A stretch of DNA of 55,183 nucleotides, the filler included, from Bipalium vagum (taxonomy: Eukaryota): assembly GCA_037834085.1 (NCBI GenBank). It is 3 parts of 3 records of this genome, joined end to end, with 100 filler letters (N's around TTAATTAATTAA, not from the genome) between each part and the next. Parts side by side here need not be neighbours in the genome. Positions count along the whole stretch, not along the records: positions 1 to 16,457 come from JBBMKC010110478.1; positions 16,558 to 32,607 come from JBBMKC010129986.1; 1 more part is not named here. One strand, 5' to 3'. The stretch's first letter is position 1. The number at the start of each line of letters is the position of its first letter. The notes beneath the pieces were generated by a model, which saw only the letters and a program-made list of their open reading frames with translations, was not told the origin of the DNA and made no database searches. Both the position numbers and the translations under genes were made by a program. Shown here in pieces: positions 14,351-26,480 of the stretch.

Positions 14351-16052
14351 AGAATTGATCCAAACTTTAATAAAAACTTGAATTTAACGTTGTGATCCAA
14401 ATCCTTTAATCTTTTACATCTTGTACAAAACCTTAAACAAAACCTGGAATTCAATGTGTAATTTTAGTGATCCTTTTATTCAATGTTGTGAATTTAGTGA
14501 TTCTTTAATCCTTTACAAAATCCTATTATGTAAATTCTTTACAAAACCTTATGCATGTTATTTGGTATAAAGTTTATGTGTAAGTAATTGATAAATCCCG
14601 AGAAAAAAATTAATAAAATATCATTAATATTCATGGAAATAGTAAATAAATTAAAATAATTATAAATTTAGAAATAATGATAAAAATAATTATTAAAAAT
14701 AAAAATATTAACTAAATAACGAAATAAATAAATAAGAAATTACATAAAAAATAAATATATTAAATTTCTATTTCTATAAATAAACATATATAAAAAATAT
14801 TAATATAAATAAAAAAATTTATGAACAACAGGATACACAATAAAAATACCACAGAGCAAAAGAAAATTCTTCGCTATTTATTAATTAGATTGGAATTTTG
14901 GATATTAAATTACGTGCAAAAAGGGACAGTGTGTCAAGTTGTAACCAGATATTTACTACGTTATCACAAGAAATTTTCTCAAACCATCAAAGTACTTCTG
15001 ACAGGCCGGTTTCAGATTGCTGGACCACAGACTACAAAAGTAGACAATTTCAAAAAAGAAAAAGAAGGAAATCAAAAAACGAAGACACCAGAACGTTGTT
15101 TTATCTTACTGACGATAATAAATATTTAATTCGTATTCCAATTTTGGGATATTAAGAAGACAGATACTGTTAATTTTGCAAATCCGAAGTATTTGATCCA
15201 GTATCCATTAATTCTAATAGTAATTATTTTATTTATTTTAATCCAATCATAAATAACAATTTGATTCCAAATTGGATATTGTGGTTGTTAAATAAACTAT
15301 AAAATCTTGAAAATAACTCAGATAGAATAATTGGATAGTTCCCCAATTATTCTATCATTATCAAAATAAAAACCTGTTTTTGTTTTCCCCATATTTTCTT
15401 TTTATTGCCTTCTCTACGACTAGTAGGGTGGAGAGGCACTTGTTTCTTTTGAGGGCTCTTGATGCTAGGTTAGTGAAGAGCGAACTAAATTCTTTCCTAA
15501 AACATATCTCTCCGGGATTTATCAATATAATATCTATATTTTGTTTTATTTGTTCAACAAAGGTGAAAAATATATAATTATAAATTTAATATCGTGTTTT
15601 GATTTGTGTTAGTGAATAATTTTTTTTAAAGTGTTATCGAATCATTTGAGTGTTTTGATCAGTCCAATTTGATTTTTATCACTTGCACAATCATCTAAAT
15701 ACCCAGTCGATTAAAAATAATTAAAATTCATTTTTCTTTAAATCGAACACGAATTTAACACACTCTAAACTCTTCTGATTTAAAAAAAATATAACGAGCC
15801 AAATTAAGTTTTGATTAAATATTCATTCCATTGATTAACACCAAACAAAATCCATTTTACCATTTTAATTCAAAACTTAACATATTAATAAATTAATTAT
15901 TAAGACCGCAAACGGGTTGGAAATGAAATAATAATAGTACTAAAAATAAAATATTTATTTATCATTTTTAAAAAGGATTTAATCTTATCAACGGCGAAGC
16001 TAAACTGCCAAGATTAAATCAAAGTCCACAGGAAGGGACCGATTTGCAATAA

Positions 16053-16210
16053 ATGATCCAAAGAAATGATATTGCAATAAATGGTAATTTATTGAAAGAA
16101 AAGGCAAATGAATTAGCAGAAGAATTAAAAGTTGAAGCTCCCAGAGAAATTGACATGAATTGGATAAATCGATGGAAAGCACAGCATTGCATGATAAGTC
16201 ATAAATTAGA
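16053..16210 (+). mobile_element. pogo/Tigger transposase CENP-B-type HTH fragment
   Basis: IAINGNLLKEKANELAEEL...NWINRWKAQH matches the HTH_Tnp_Tc5 pattern. Confidence 0.75.
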
Positions 16211-16457
16211 TAAAGAGTTCTTCTGTTCACAAAGATACAGTAAGTACATGGAGAAACAATATTGTAATACAACAAACAAAGAAGCTTTAGTGACTTTTGA
16301 TATCATTCAAAAATATTTAAAATTTAATAATAATGTGGAGACTACGACTAACTTCAAAGCCACAAGGAGCAACGTCCCATACTCAAACAATTCCAAATCA
16401 ATCAAACCCATCGGACAATCAATAATTGATTTATTTAAAACTTATAAACTTATATTA

Positions 16458-16557
16458 NNNNNNNNNNNNNNNNNNNNNNNNNNNNNNNNNNNNNNNNNNN
16501 NTTAATTAATTAANNNNNNNNNNNNNNNNNNNNNNNNNNNNNNNNNNNNNNNNNNNN
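16458..16557. other. Assembly gap with artificial TTAATTAATTAA linker
   Basis: 44 N + TTAATTAATTAA + 44 N = 100 nt. The linker has stops in all six frames. Confidence 0.97.
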
Positions 16558-16607
16558 AATCTGTCTTAGTTTTCATTTTTATTAAAAGATATTTAAAAAA
16601 TAAAATA

Positions 16608-16633
16608 GTCAGTTACTTATGAAACACCCTGTA
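16608..16633. mobile_element. Orphan Tc1/mariner terminal inverted repeat
   Basis: The reverse complement reads TACAGGGTGTTTCATAAGTAAC, a typical TA-CAGGGTGT terminus. The partner end is probably lost in the gap. Confidence 0.55.
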
Positions 16634-17696
16634 TTAAGAAAATATTAAGTCACCAGGTGATATTTTAATCCAATATGAACTTTGGGCTCATTAATTATCG
16701 ATTTTTTGCCTGCAAAACAGGTGATTTGACATGGCTGTATTATAGCTAAATTTGTCAAATGAAGAATAATTTGTCGATTTCTTATGTACTCTCATTACGG
16801 AAATCAATGTATATATAGTAGTTATATATTGTACAATGTTATATAGCATTCGTCATAATTATTCTTAATTCTTAAAAGCCTACATAAAAACCTACATGCT
16901 CTTTTTAATGGAAGAACACATAATTATTTTCCTTGCAGTGATTTTTAAGAGTCCGAACAACACTTAAATAATTAACCACCTTTAATTACTCAAACAGGGA
17001 TCATTGCTTATTTTCAGTGCTGTACGAATAAATCAGCTTTTCTTCACCAGTGACGATGTTGAAAATTAAATTTGAACTATCTTCAGTCCATTTTTGGAGC
17101 ATATTTATATTCCTATTTTAAATTCTAAAAACTTTGGTACTATTAATTTTTTATTTATTCAATGGTATTATCAAAACATTTTCATTGTGTTTCTTTTTAA
17201 GCAGACTCCCCCCATTCGGTGTGGGGGATCCTTAACAGAAATCATCGATTTATCAATTTTAAAAGCAGTATACACCTCAAATTAATTAGTAACTAACAGT
17301 GGTAAGAAAGACTCTGTCCGTAAACTGTCAACTTGAATAAAACTGGAAGATCATCATCCTTTGCTCACCTGTAGTTTAAATAACCTTTTGTACCTGAGTT
17401 TGGAACACTGTTGTCATTGTGATAATTAAATCTAATTTTTTAAAAGTGCAGCCTTATTCTTTTTATTTATTCTTTATCATAAGTGATAAATAACAGCAAG
17501 AACTACCTTAGTCAATCTTCATTTTTTACCAAAAAAAATTTTCTTATAAAAGTAAGGTATAATTTTTGTTTTCTAAATCGGAAGAGACGAAGACATTTTT
17601 AAAAAGTTGTTAAAAGTTAAAATCTTTCATAGAAAACAATAATATATATCAGGCATAAACAAGGCTCAAGGTCTCATCTCAAATGTATCCACGGAA

Positions 17697-19450
17697 TTAG
17701 AGGGTCCACGTCGGCAACCCAAATACCACTGCCGACTTGCCAGTCAGATTTTTCAGCTTGATTCTGTCAATGGTGTATTCACTCAGTACGTACGTCGGCA
17801 TAGGAGCAGTGGGAAAATATGTTTCAGATTTCGATAAATGATTCCTTTCTTTTTTCAACCAGCTGGATATTATCTTTACACTGAAGTTGTCTATCTCTCC
17901 ATCAGTGACATCCCACAAAAACCCCATGACAGACGGACAGCCAAAAGTCAAATAATACATTATCATTCCAAAGGTTTCCGATCTGCCTTCCAATATCAAT
18001 CTGGCCGACTGACTGGCCAACAAGAACACGGTCGATTCAGAGGTCGTCATCCTGAGGTTTTTCTGAATGAAATATTTGTAACCTGCACCAACTCCTCGAT
18101 ATCTACACAGAAATTGATCAGGTTCACAATGATTATAGAATAAATAAGATTACATTATCAAATCCTTTTCACCAAGAACCCTTTTGGAATTTAATGAATT
18201 TACTGAACCCCCACTCAAATCTTCCCAATTCATAGCACTTTGAAAAGTTGATATGACCTCGCTATCTTTGAGTCTTTCTGAATGCTCTGGAGTCAGTAGA
18301 TAAGAGGCTACGAATGGATCGACCTCGAAGTTCTTTCTCGAAACAAATGGTTCTGGACTTGACATCTTTCTGTAACGAATCTGATGCAGATGACCAATGA
18401 GACTGGAAACATTTGCCATTCTGGTCATGCAATTTGGTCGGTTTAGGTCTCGAATCAGTAGACACTCCAGGGGCAATCGGCACAGATTCTACAATGAAAA
18501 TTATGACATCATAAAGTGACACCTTTGATAAGTCTCCCTACTCGGTCTGCTATGAGAATTTTCGGTTCACAAACCAGAAAGTTCTGTTCATCCATCATCC
18601 ATTTCAAATCTTCATCTTTGAACCAGTCTGCGCGAATTTGGTTCAACAACGATTCCAACGTCTTGTCCAAATAATTTCGTTGATGCCACCAATGTTCTGG
18701 GTCGTTCTCATTCAAATCTTTCACGGAATCAGACTTCAATCTTTCCAATTTCTCCATCAGTTGCAACCCCTGACAAGAATTTCATCACCACCATAAACAT
18801 TAACATTTCTTTACCGTCTTTCTGAAACCATGAAGAACTCGAGTTTCAATGGTCAGCTTTGATTTGCCTTCAACAGTTATCTTCTGAAATTTGGTAACAA
18901 GTAGAGCTGCACAGTTCCGAGCTCCAAAACAACCTCCATCAGAGTTGTCCAGCAAACTCGATCTGATGGAGCTGATCTTGATTTCGTCAATCATCGAAAA
19001 CTGCAAAACGGTCCAGTTCAATGGCAACAACTCTTCAAGTCCACGCCGCATTTCTTTTTCACTTCTCATGGCAACTTTCATTCTGTCTTCCGTGCCCAGC
19101 CATCTCTCGTTCAAAGTTGACCTTCAAATACGAACATCATCAATCAAACCATGACCCAGACCCACAATCAATGTTACTTCATTGAACATTCCAGTGCATA
19201 TAATTGTCTGAAACCGATACCTACGGCCATGGAAAAATAATAGGCAGCCTTTTCCGGATCATTTGATAAATAATGCAAAGCCAACCTCTGATATACCGGT
19301 CGATGAATGACAGGCACATTGAGGTACTTGAATCTCTCAACATGATCTTCTAAGAACTGGATCAATGATGGAGAATTGGATGATCCAAATTCCTCGACGA
19401 TCGATTTCTCTGAAGTCCATAAAATATAAATATACTGATATGAAACAAGA

Positions 19451-19482
<32 letters not shown>

Positions 19483-21625
19483 CATTATATAGTGTATATA
19501 TTACTACCACTATTACTATAATTATTATTATTTTACCATTTCTGTCAGTTTTCAGCCCAGGAATTGTGGGATTTTCGTATTTTATATATCGGACTTTTTC
19601 CGGTAGATAAATTGTGTGGAAAGTTTCGATATCCTTTAAATTAACCTCAGAACATTCTTTCGCCTAAAAGGAAATTTCAAACAATTTTGAGGAATACCTT
19701 AACAATAAACCTTTATTGCCCTTATCTTATCTTTTCTTTGGTATACGACTGGAGTATAAGGCAAAGGTGCTCTTTGCTTTACTTTGGCAGGGGCAATACA
19801 TACTCTTGTAACTGGAGCGTCGTTCGGCGAGTTTTCTGGTGTTATGAAACTCAAGTTGGTCAGGTTCAGAACTAATTTGATCTCATCCATCTGTAATGCA
19901 AATTAATTTAGATCTTTTTCTCCAAGACTAACGTTTGGCTCATCAAAAATGGTCTCCCATTCTTTCTGTTCCTGGAAACAGGTCTCTTTCTTCTCAATTT
20001 CCCAAATATATGACTTCACCACCTTGAAAATCTCCTGAAGACCCTTTCGAAAGTTTGAATGTGACAAAAAACATTGTTCAAACACCAGCTCCTTTTCTCC
20101 CGTATTAAAAGACTTGATATGAACTGTATTTGAACTGATGACCGTATTGCACTTCCTCACAGGGGTCGTAAAGATAACATTATCGACGGCATTGATGCCA
20201 CAATAATACTCAGTGTCATCCATACGAAGACCTGGTTCATCAAAGCTGGCACAGTCGTTTGACTGAACGTTGTTTTTAATCTGATAAAGCTGGGCATCTC
20301 TGATCGTCAAGTCGGCGATTCGAAGATAAATGAAATCGTTATGCATCATTAACCTCACAGCCTTTTCCGTTCTGGATATTTAATTGATTAATATTGTTCA
20401 TGAAAGCGTGACGTGTAACACAGTATCACTTAATGGGGATTTTTCAATCACACCATATAGGATTATGTCATAAAATAACCTCCTTACTTGCAAGGAACGG
20501 AATATTTCCTGGAATAGAAGAACAATTCGTTTTGAAAGGTCTTCGATTCCTGATCTATTCCCATCAAGGTGTAGAGCTCGGAGAAAATTTCCAATCCCAC
20601 CAACAGAGAGTTGATGTTCATCCACAAATTCATCACATTTTCACCTGAAATCGAAGTCAAATTCAAAAAACGAAAAGAAATCTTCCAAACATTGTTGACT
20701 CTGGATTTTCTCTTTCGCTAATTTTTCTTCCAAAAATTCGATGGACCTCAAGGAAACCTTTCTCATGATGGTAGCGTTTTCCAGGAAGTTGAAGCTGAAA
20801 TTCGGAATGTTACCGAAATTGAAGATCTTCATGTTCAAGATATGTGAATAGTGAGCCAGAGTATTCCTTGCGTTGAAGGCGTCAACGGTACATTTACCAA
20901 AGTACCCTTTGTAGTTGTTCTTCAACTGATTGAGCTCGTCGAACAAAACAGGAAACTATATCAACATAATGGTCAGTTCTGGTAGGAGACGAAATCACCA
21001 AAATACCTCAGGATGACAGCTCTTGAAAATAACTTTGGCGAGTTTCACCATCATCGTTTTGCTGTTCTTTACTTCATTGATATTCTTGGACGGTAAGAAA
21101 CCTTTACATTTGTTCACTGATTCATCAGGAATGACTTGTTTGGAATCATGCACAAAATAGAACAATGTTTCCAGAGCCAATGCATAGTTGTACTCTTCAA
21201 CATTACCGGCAATGTGACACAAGACTCTGTAGTACCTTATCGTTTCCAGTTCTTGGGCAAACTAGAAGAATTTTTATATAAAGAAGAAAACTCTCTTATC
21301 TTACTTTCCCGTGAAGATTGTAAAGAACCATCATTATTCTCACTGATCCCAGACTTTCTTTTATTGTTTCCTTTAAAATATCTCTCTTTTGAGATTTGAT
21401 GATGGAGAACTCTCTGTTGATGTATTCAAAGGCTTTTTCCACGGAATGATTCGTGCAGAGACTTTCGATTTCATTACTCTTGTCCTTGTTCTTCATATGA
21501 TCTTCATATAACTCTGACTAAAGAATACCACAGGTTCGGTAACGTTTAAAACAATGAACAAGTTCACTTACATTGGTTTGTAAAGCAACGAAAAACGATC
21601 TAATATTATAGGCGAGATTTGTCAT
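17697..21625 (-). CDS. ESPL1: Separase (ESP1/ESPL1, peptidase C50) homologue lacking the catalytic dyad. Exons 21625-21572, 21517-21305, 21261-21007, 20955-20691, 20644-20488, 20371-19933, 19890-19711, 19663-19537, 19409-19178, 19121-18815, 18769-18542, 18488-18154, 18102-17697; 1065 aa
   Basis: Consecutive minus-strand ORFs join in frame through 12 GT-AG introns (total CDS 3198 nt). Separase motifs present: LPLNWTVLQFS, WWHQRNYLDKTL, ILIADRNLCRLPLECL, TRMANV, YLLTP, DLIIYRGVGAG, GCPSVMGFLWDVTDGEID, AVVFGLP. The exon 4-6 junctions are less certain. Confidence 0.9.
19451..19480 (+). repeat. (ATT)n microsatellite in a separase intron
   Basis: About 10 ATT units, in the 127-nt intron 19410-19536. 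Confidence 0.9.
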
Positions 21626-22000
21626 ATTAAAGTTTTTTCAGTATATAATTATATAAGATTGTATAAAATAATGGTTTTTTTAAAAAAAAATTAAACAAAT
21701 TTATACGGAATTTTCTTATAAATTAATTTTTAAAAATATTTTTCCTTTCAAACGTAAAAAATTCTGAAATTAAAATATTCATTAAAAATGTTGACTGTAT
21801 TTTTAATATCGTTTGTTTTAATATTTTAATATATTGCTTCAGGTTTAAAATATTAAATTTATGTATAGAATAAATCTTTTTTTTTTACTATAAATTTTAA
21901 AAACAAAGTGTTTATATAAATATTTATATTAATTTATATATTTATTATTTAAATCAGAACTTTGTTAAGCGGTATTTAAAAATCAGAAATTAAATAAAAA

Positions 22001-22200
22001 GATATTGTTCATTCGGATTTCCATTTGTTCCGCTCGATGTAATCCGAGCTTTTTGTGAAGCGGTTCAGTTCCGATGTAGACTTTCAAAAATTCATTGATA
22101 GGTAGATTTCTTCAAAGGAACCACAATTTTTTGGTGAAATCCATTCGTTGCCAAAAAGATGGCCCAATGTCACATCTGTAAATGAAAAATATTTTGACAA
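22001..22200 (+). mobile_element. Mariner transposase 3' remnant
   Basis: DIVHSDFHLFRSM...IHSLPKRWPNV...KYFD. Confidence 0.75.
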
Positions 22201-23256
22201 AATGTTAATAAATAAAACTTTAAAAATGTCTTTTATTTAAAAAGAAAGCCGTAATAACACTAGTACAACTAACAATAAAAATCCAAGAAAGCTACTGAAA
22301 AAGTTTCAGGTTAATTTGTTAACTGGTCAAAATTGATGAAATCGTCTAAAATTTCCAGACAGTTTTGTTTTACCAGGCTAATGTAACGAGGACAGAAGAC
22401 CAGAACTCTATTTATTTTAGAAAATATGAAATTTATTTTGAGAAATTGAGAAAAAAATTTCTCACCTGTTAAATTGAAAAAGAAGCCATGATGATTTAGT
22501 GATATGATGACACTAAAATCAAAAGCAATAAAAAGAAACGATAAAAAGCAAGATGTGGACAAGCGATGGAGGTTCAAAAATTCGCCTGGGCTTTGCCTCT
22601 GTTTCGTGGATGGACGAAAAGTCAATAACACAACCCAGAAAAATTTGTTCAAATAATAAGTATTGTGTAACTTTCCTCTGAAACCAATCGAGTTTCATTT
22701 TTTGAATAACTAATTTCCTAATATCTAGTAATAACCGAGCCATATTTAACAAAAATATTTAGGGTAAAAATCTGTTAAATGTTGTAAATATAATTTTTAC
22801 TTAATAAATAAATAAAACTTGAAAATATATTATATATTTAAATACTGAAAATTACCGAAAAAAAAATTGATAAAAAAATATAATTGAACAATTACAGATT
22901 CTAATAGGATCAAGGATAGTCAATTTAGAGTCCCTGGCTATAGCACCTTCCATTGATGAATAATCGGAATGGCACCGCCACAATAATATAACAAATAATA
23001 AGTTTTTAAAAATTAAAGCAATTAATTTAATTATGGTTTTATCAAAAGAGATCAATAGTGCACATTTGACGACTGATATGTTATAAATATTTAAAATAAT
23101 AAATTAAGTGCTGGGAAAGTTTGTGGAATTCAGTACTTTAAGTAATATTCACATTTTGTAATTGATGTAATCATAAAATTCGAAATTAAATCAATCTAAG
23201 TTATTGAATAAGTCAAAATTAGCGAGCTTTCTTTAAATATGTAAACAATTGAAATA

Positions 23257-24125
23257 TCAGGTTGAGGGAAAGTATTGTCGCTTTTTTATTTAAAAAAATC
23301 AAAAGTCGATAAGTGACTGTAAAAAATTCTATTAATCAAAATATGCACCATTAGCATCTACAACCCTTTGCCAACGTCCTATGAATTTCTTTATACCGTT
23401 TCTGAAGAAGTTCTGGTCACGGGATTCAGTAAAAGAGGCTAAGGTATGTTGAACATCATCCTGATTTTTGAATTGCTTATGTCGTAGGAAATTATCAAGT
23501 GACAGGAATAGATGATAATCTGTGAGAGATATATCTAGGGAATAATAAGGTGGGTGATGTAAAATTTGTAATTCGTTAATTTAACAACGTGCGGCGAGCG
23601 TTATCATGAAAAAGTAAACGGACGCCTGAGCTTGGCAAAGGTAGGGTGGTTTTGCTTCAGTTTTCCATGACAAGCATTGAGTTGACGACAGTATGATTCC
23701 GCTGTGACAGTTTCCAAAAAATTTAAGAAATCATAATGAATAATACCGGCCATAAACCACCAAACCGTTAAAATTACTTTCTTCGGAGTAATTCCTTGCT
23801 TTGCAAATGTGTTTGACTGAGCATCTTTGTCTATCCACTTTACAGAACGTTATGTGTTGTCAAAGGACATCTATTTCTCGCCACAAGTAATAATTTTTTT
23901 CAGTATAGTCTCATTTTTGTTTCTAAGCAAAAAAGAAGAGGTAATGGATAATCGCTAAGTTATGCAATTTTTACTCAATTGATGTGGGATCAATTTTGTA
24001 GTTTTTTTACTTTTCCAATTTTTTTAGGATGATCGCAAACTGTTGTGCTACCTACTCCAAATATATCTGCAAGTACACTAGTTGATTGTTTAGGGGATTG
24101 AACTCGATTTTGGCTTTGGAGCTAT
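23257..24125 (-). mobile_element. 5'-truncated decayed mariner (DD34D-type) element
   Basis: TA + TCAGGTTGAGGGAAAGTATTGTCG terminus. Minus-strand motifs ITCGEK, VWWFMAGIIHYDFL, FHDNAR, HHPPY, DYYLFLSLDNFL and RWQRVVDANGAYFD*. Confidence 0.9.
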
Positions 24126-26169
24126 TATAATATATTAATCACCACGATAAGTCTCTAATAAGTCCAATAACCGAAAAAGAGTTACCAAAAAAACAAATAA
24201 TGATAAAAATAAACACAACTACTGCTATAATGAAAGAGGCGAAAGAAATGATTTCAAAAAAGAGTTTTCGGAAAATAACAAAAAAATAAATAAATTAAAT
24301 AAAGCGATCTCACCAAGAGCGACAAGGGGTCCCCGGGTCGCCCTCTAGGCCCTTCTCAGTTTGCCTAGGGGTTCCTAAGCTCGCTGGGTCCCCTTGTAAA
24401 ATCCGTTTGCATAATAGTAGCGTTGAGAAAAAAATTACTGGAATCGTCCTCTGCCAATACCTTGAAAAAATCTTCTGCAAAAAAATTAATAATATTCTTG
24501 ATTGTCTTTCTGACCGTAGTTTCTGGCCCACTTTCTGGGAATTGCAGTCTCTTTAAATAGTCTTAGAGATTGGTCTACGATCACCAATCCCTAATAGTCA
24601 TTAACTCTATCTCCACACCGAGATAGATTCAGATCAATGCAAATGGAAACCTGCAGTCCATCAGAGAACAACTGTCAGAGAATCCATTAGCCTAATATGT
24701 CGAAATCCCCATGACGGGATTTTGTCATAAGGAAAAATTTTTTATTATTAATAATTAATATTATTATTAATTATTATAATTAATTATTTTAATAATTAAT
24801 TATTTATTATTATTAATTAATAATATTTACCATAATAATAATAATTATTATTATTATTTTGAAAACCAAACCATTTAAAATTTAAGTTATTAAAACACAA
24901 ATTACGTAAATTAGTAAATTGTACAGGGGTTGAACGAACTTTTGGAGAGTGCTGTATTTCAAAGTTCTTCCAGTAACCTCCGTAATGATAAAACTTAGGG
25001 AGCAAATCAAAAATTAAATTAAGCAATTTTAAATTTAATTTTTGGATTACATTTCGTATCACTGACATATCTTTTTGTTTACTAGTGTACTAGTTACTTT
25101 GTATACTAGTGGTAAAAACTTGGACCTTTATTTACGAACTCAAATCTGCTCCTTTCTGATAGTTGGTGTAGTAAATCCACTCAAATATCACTGAGAATAT
25201 TTATATCTGTTATTATAAATACAAATACAAAAGATTCAAACAAAACCAGATTTGTGATCACCAAAAATTATCAAGTTGAAAATATAGCCAATAATAAATT
25301 TCAGCAAAATTCGCGACACTATCAGTAAATACGAAAAGTTATTAAATATCAATCGATGAAAAAAAACGAATTTCAAAAAAAGGTACAATGTAATTAATGC
25401 AAACAATTAAAATTGCAAAAGAAAGACAAGAAAAAACAAAAACACCTTTGACAAAAATGTAAATAACTTTTAAAGGTCTGTTCATCATCCTATCCCGCAG
25501 AGACACCCGAAGTCCTGAGCCACAGAAAAATCTTGCTGTTTCATGTTCTGGTGTAATAACGATAACGTATCAAAGAAAAGTAAACGAATTCTGTTCACAA
25601 ATTTTTTCAGACGATAAAGTTTTTTCAATAATAAACAAATCTTCTGATGATAAAGTTATTTCAACCAAACAAAAAAGATACCTTCAATGTCTTCTTCAAG
25701 GGTTCTTCAACACAAAAATAAACTTTAATATACCCAAAAAATATTTTAAAAAAAACAAATTATTCCTTTACTAGGACTCATTTCCGACCGGGGTCGTCTT
25801 TTATAAATAGAGGCTATATGGAATAGTAAATGTTAATTAAAATTGTACTCTTAGAATTTGGATTAGAGGTACACGTAGAATAAATAAAAATGAAAAATAT
25901 CAATTAAGAAATTCCGTACAAAAAAATAACGAAATTTTAATTTTGATTTATTTCTTTGTATTTTTTATCTTATAAAAACGAGTTGGAAACATGGAGAAAC
26001 ATGATCATTGAAGGTAAATATAGAAGTAACAGCTGTCCAATAAAATCTCTTAATAATGTAATGAGAAAATAAAAGTTTATAAAATCATGTTCATTGATGA
26101 ATACAGTTGTCCTTTTAAGCAATGCTTTTTATAGATTGAATTGATTTATATTTCCGTTTTAGATATTAA

Positions 26170-26480
26170 TCAAATCATTCTTCTCCATGACAAACCCAGA
26201 CAACATGTAGCATTAAGAGCGAATTAAACTTTGATAGAGTTAAAATGGGAAATTTTATCTCATTCGGAATTCTCTCCAGACATTGCTCCAAATGAGTTTC
26301 ATTTATTCCGTTCTATACAAAATAGTCTGTCTGATATACAATTTAGCAATGCTGAAGAGGTGCAGAAAATCGTTAATAACTTCATTCAGTCAAAACCAAA
26401 AGACTTTTCATCGGTGTATTCATCTTTTGCCTGAAAAATGCCAAAAAGTTGTAAATAATGATGGAAAATACTTTGATTAA
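26170..26480 (+). mobile_element. Mariner transposase 3' remnant
   Basis: LLHDKPRQH...WEILSHSEFSPDIAPNEFHLFRSIQN...QKVVNNDGKYFD*. Confidence 0.88.

Noticed and set aside
16502-16513. TTAATTAATTAA palindrome (also 32652-32663) as a biological motif
   Set aside because: Sits centrally in identical 100-nt N gaps, so it is an artificial contig linker. Adjacency across these gaps is therefore uncertain.
17205-17232. Hairpin CCCCA-TTCGGTG-TGGGG as a Helitron end or terminator
   Set aside because: No downstream CTRR on either strand, and the context is eukaryotic.
17838-21399. Plus-strand ORFs overlapping the separase gene
   Set aside because: Antisense shadows of higher-GC coding exons, with no motifs.
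22311-23055. Three minus-strand hydrophobic ORFs as a membrane protein gene or extra separase exons
   Set aside because: No recognisable family and no convincing in-frame splicing. Composition is explained by AT richness.
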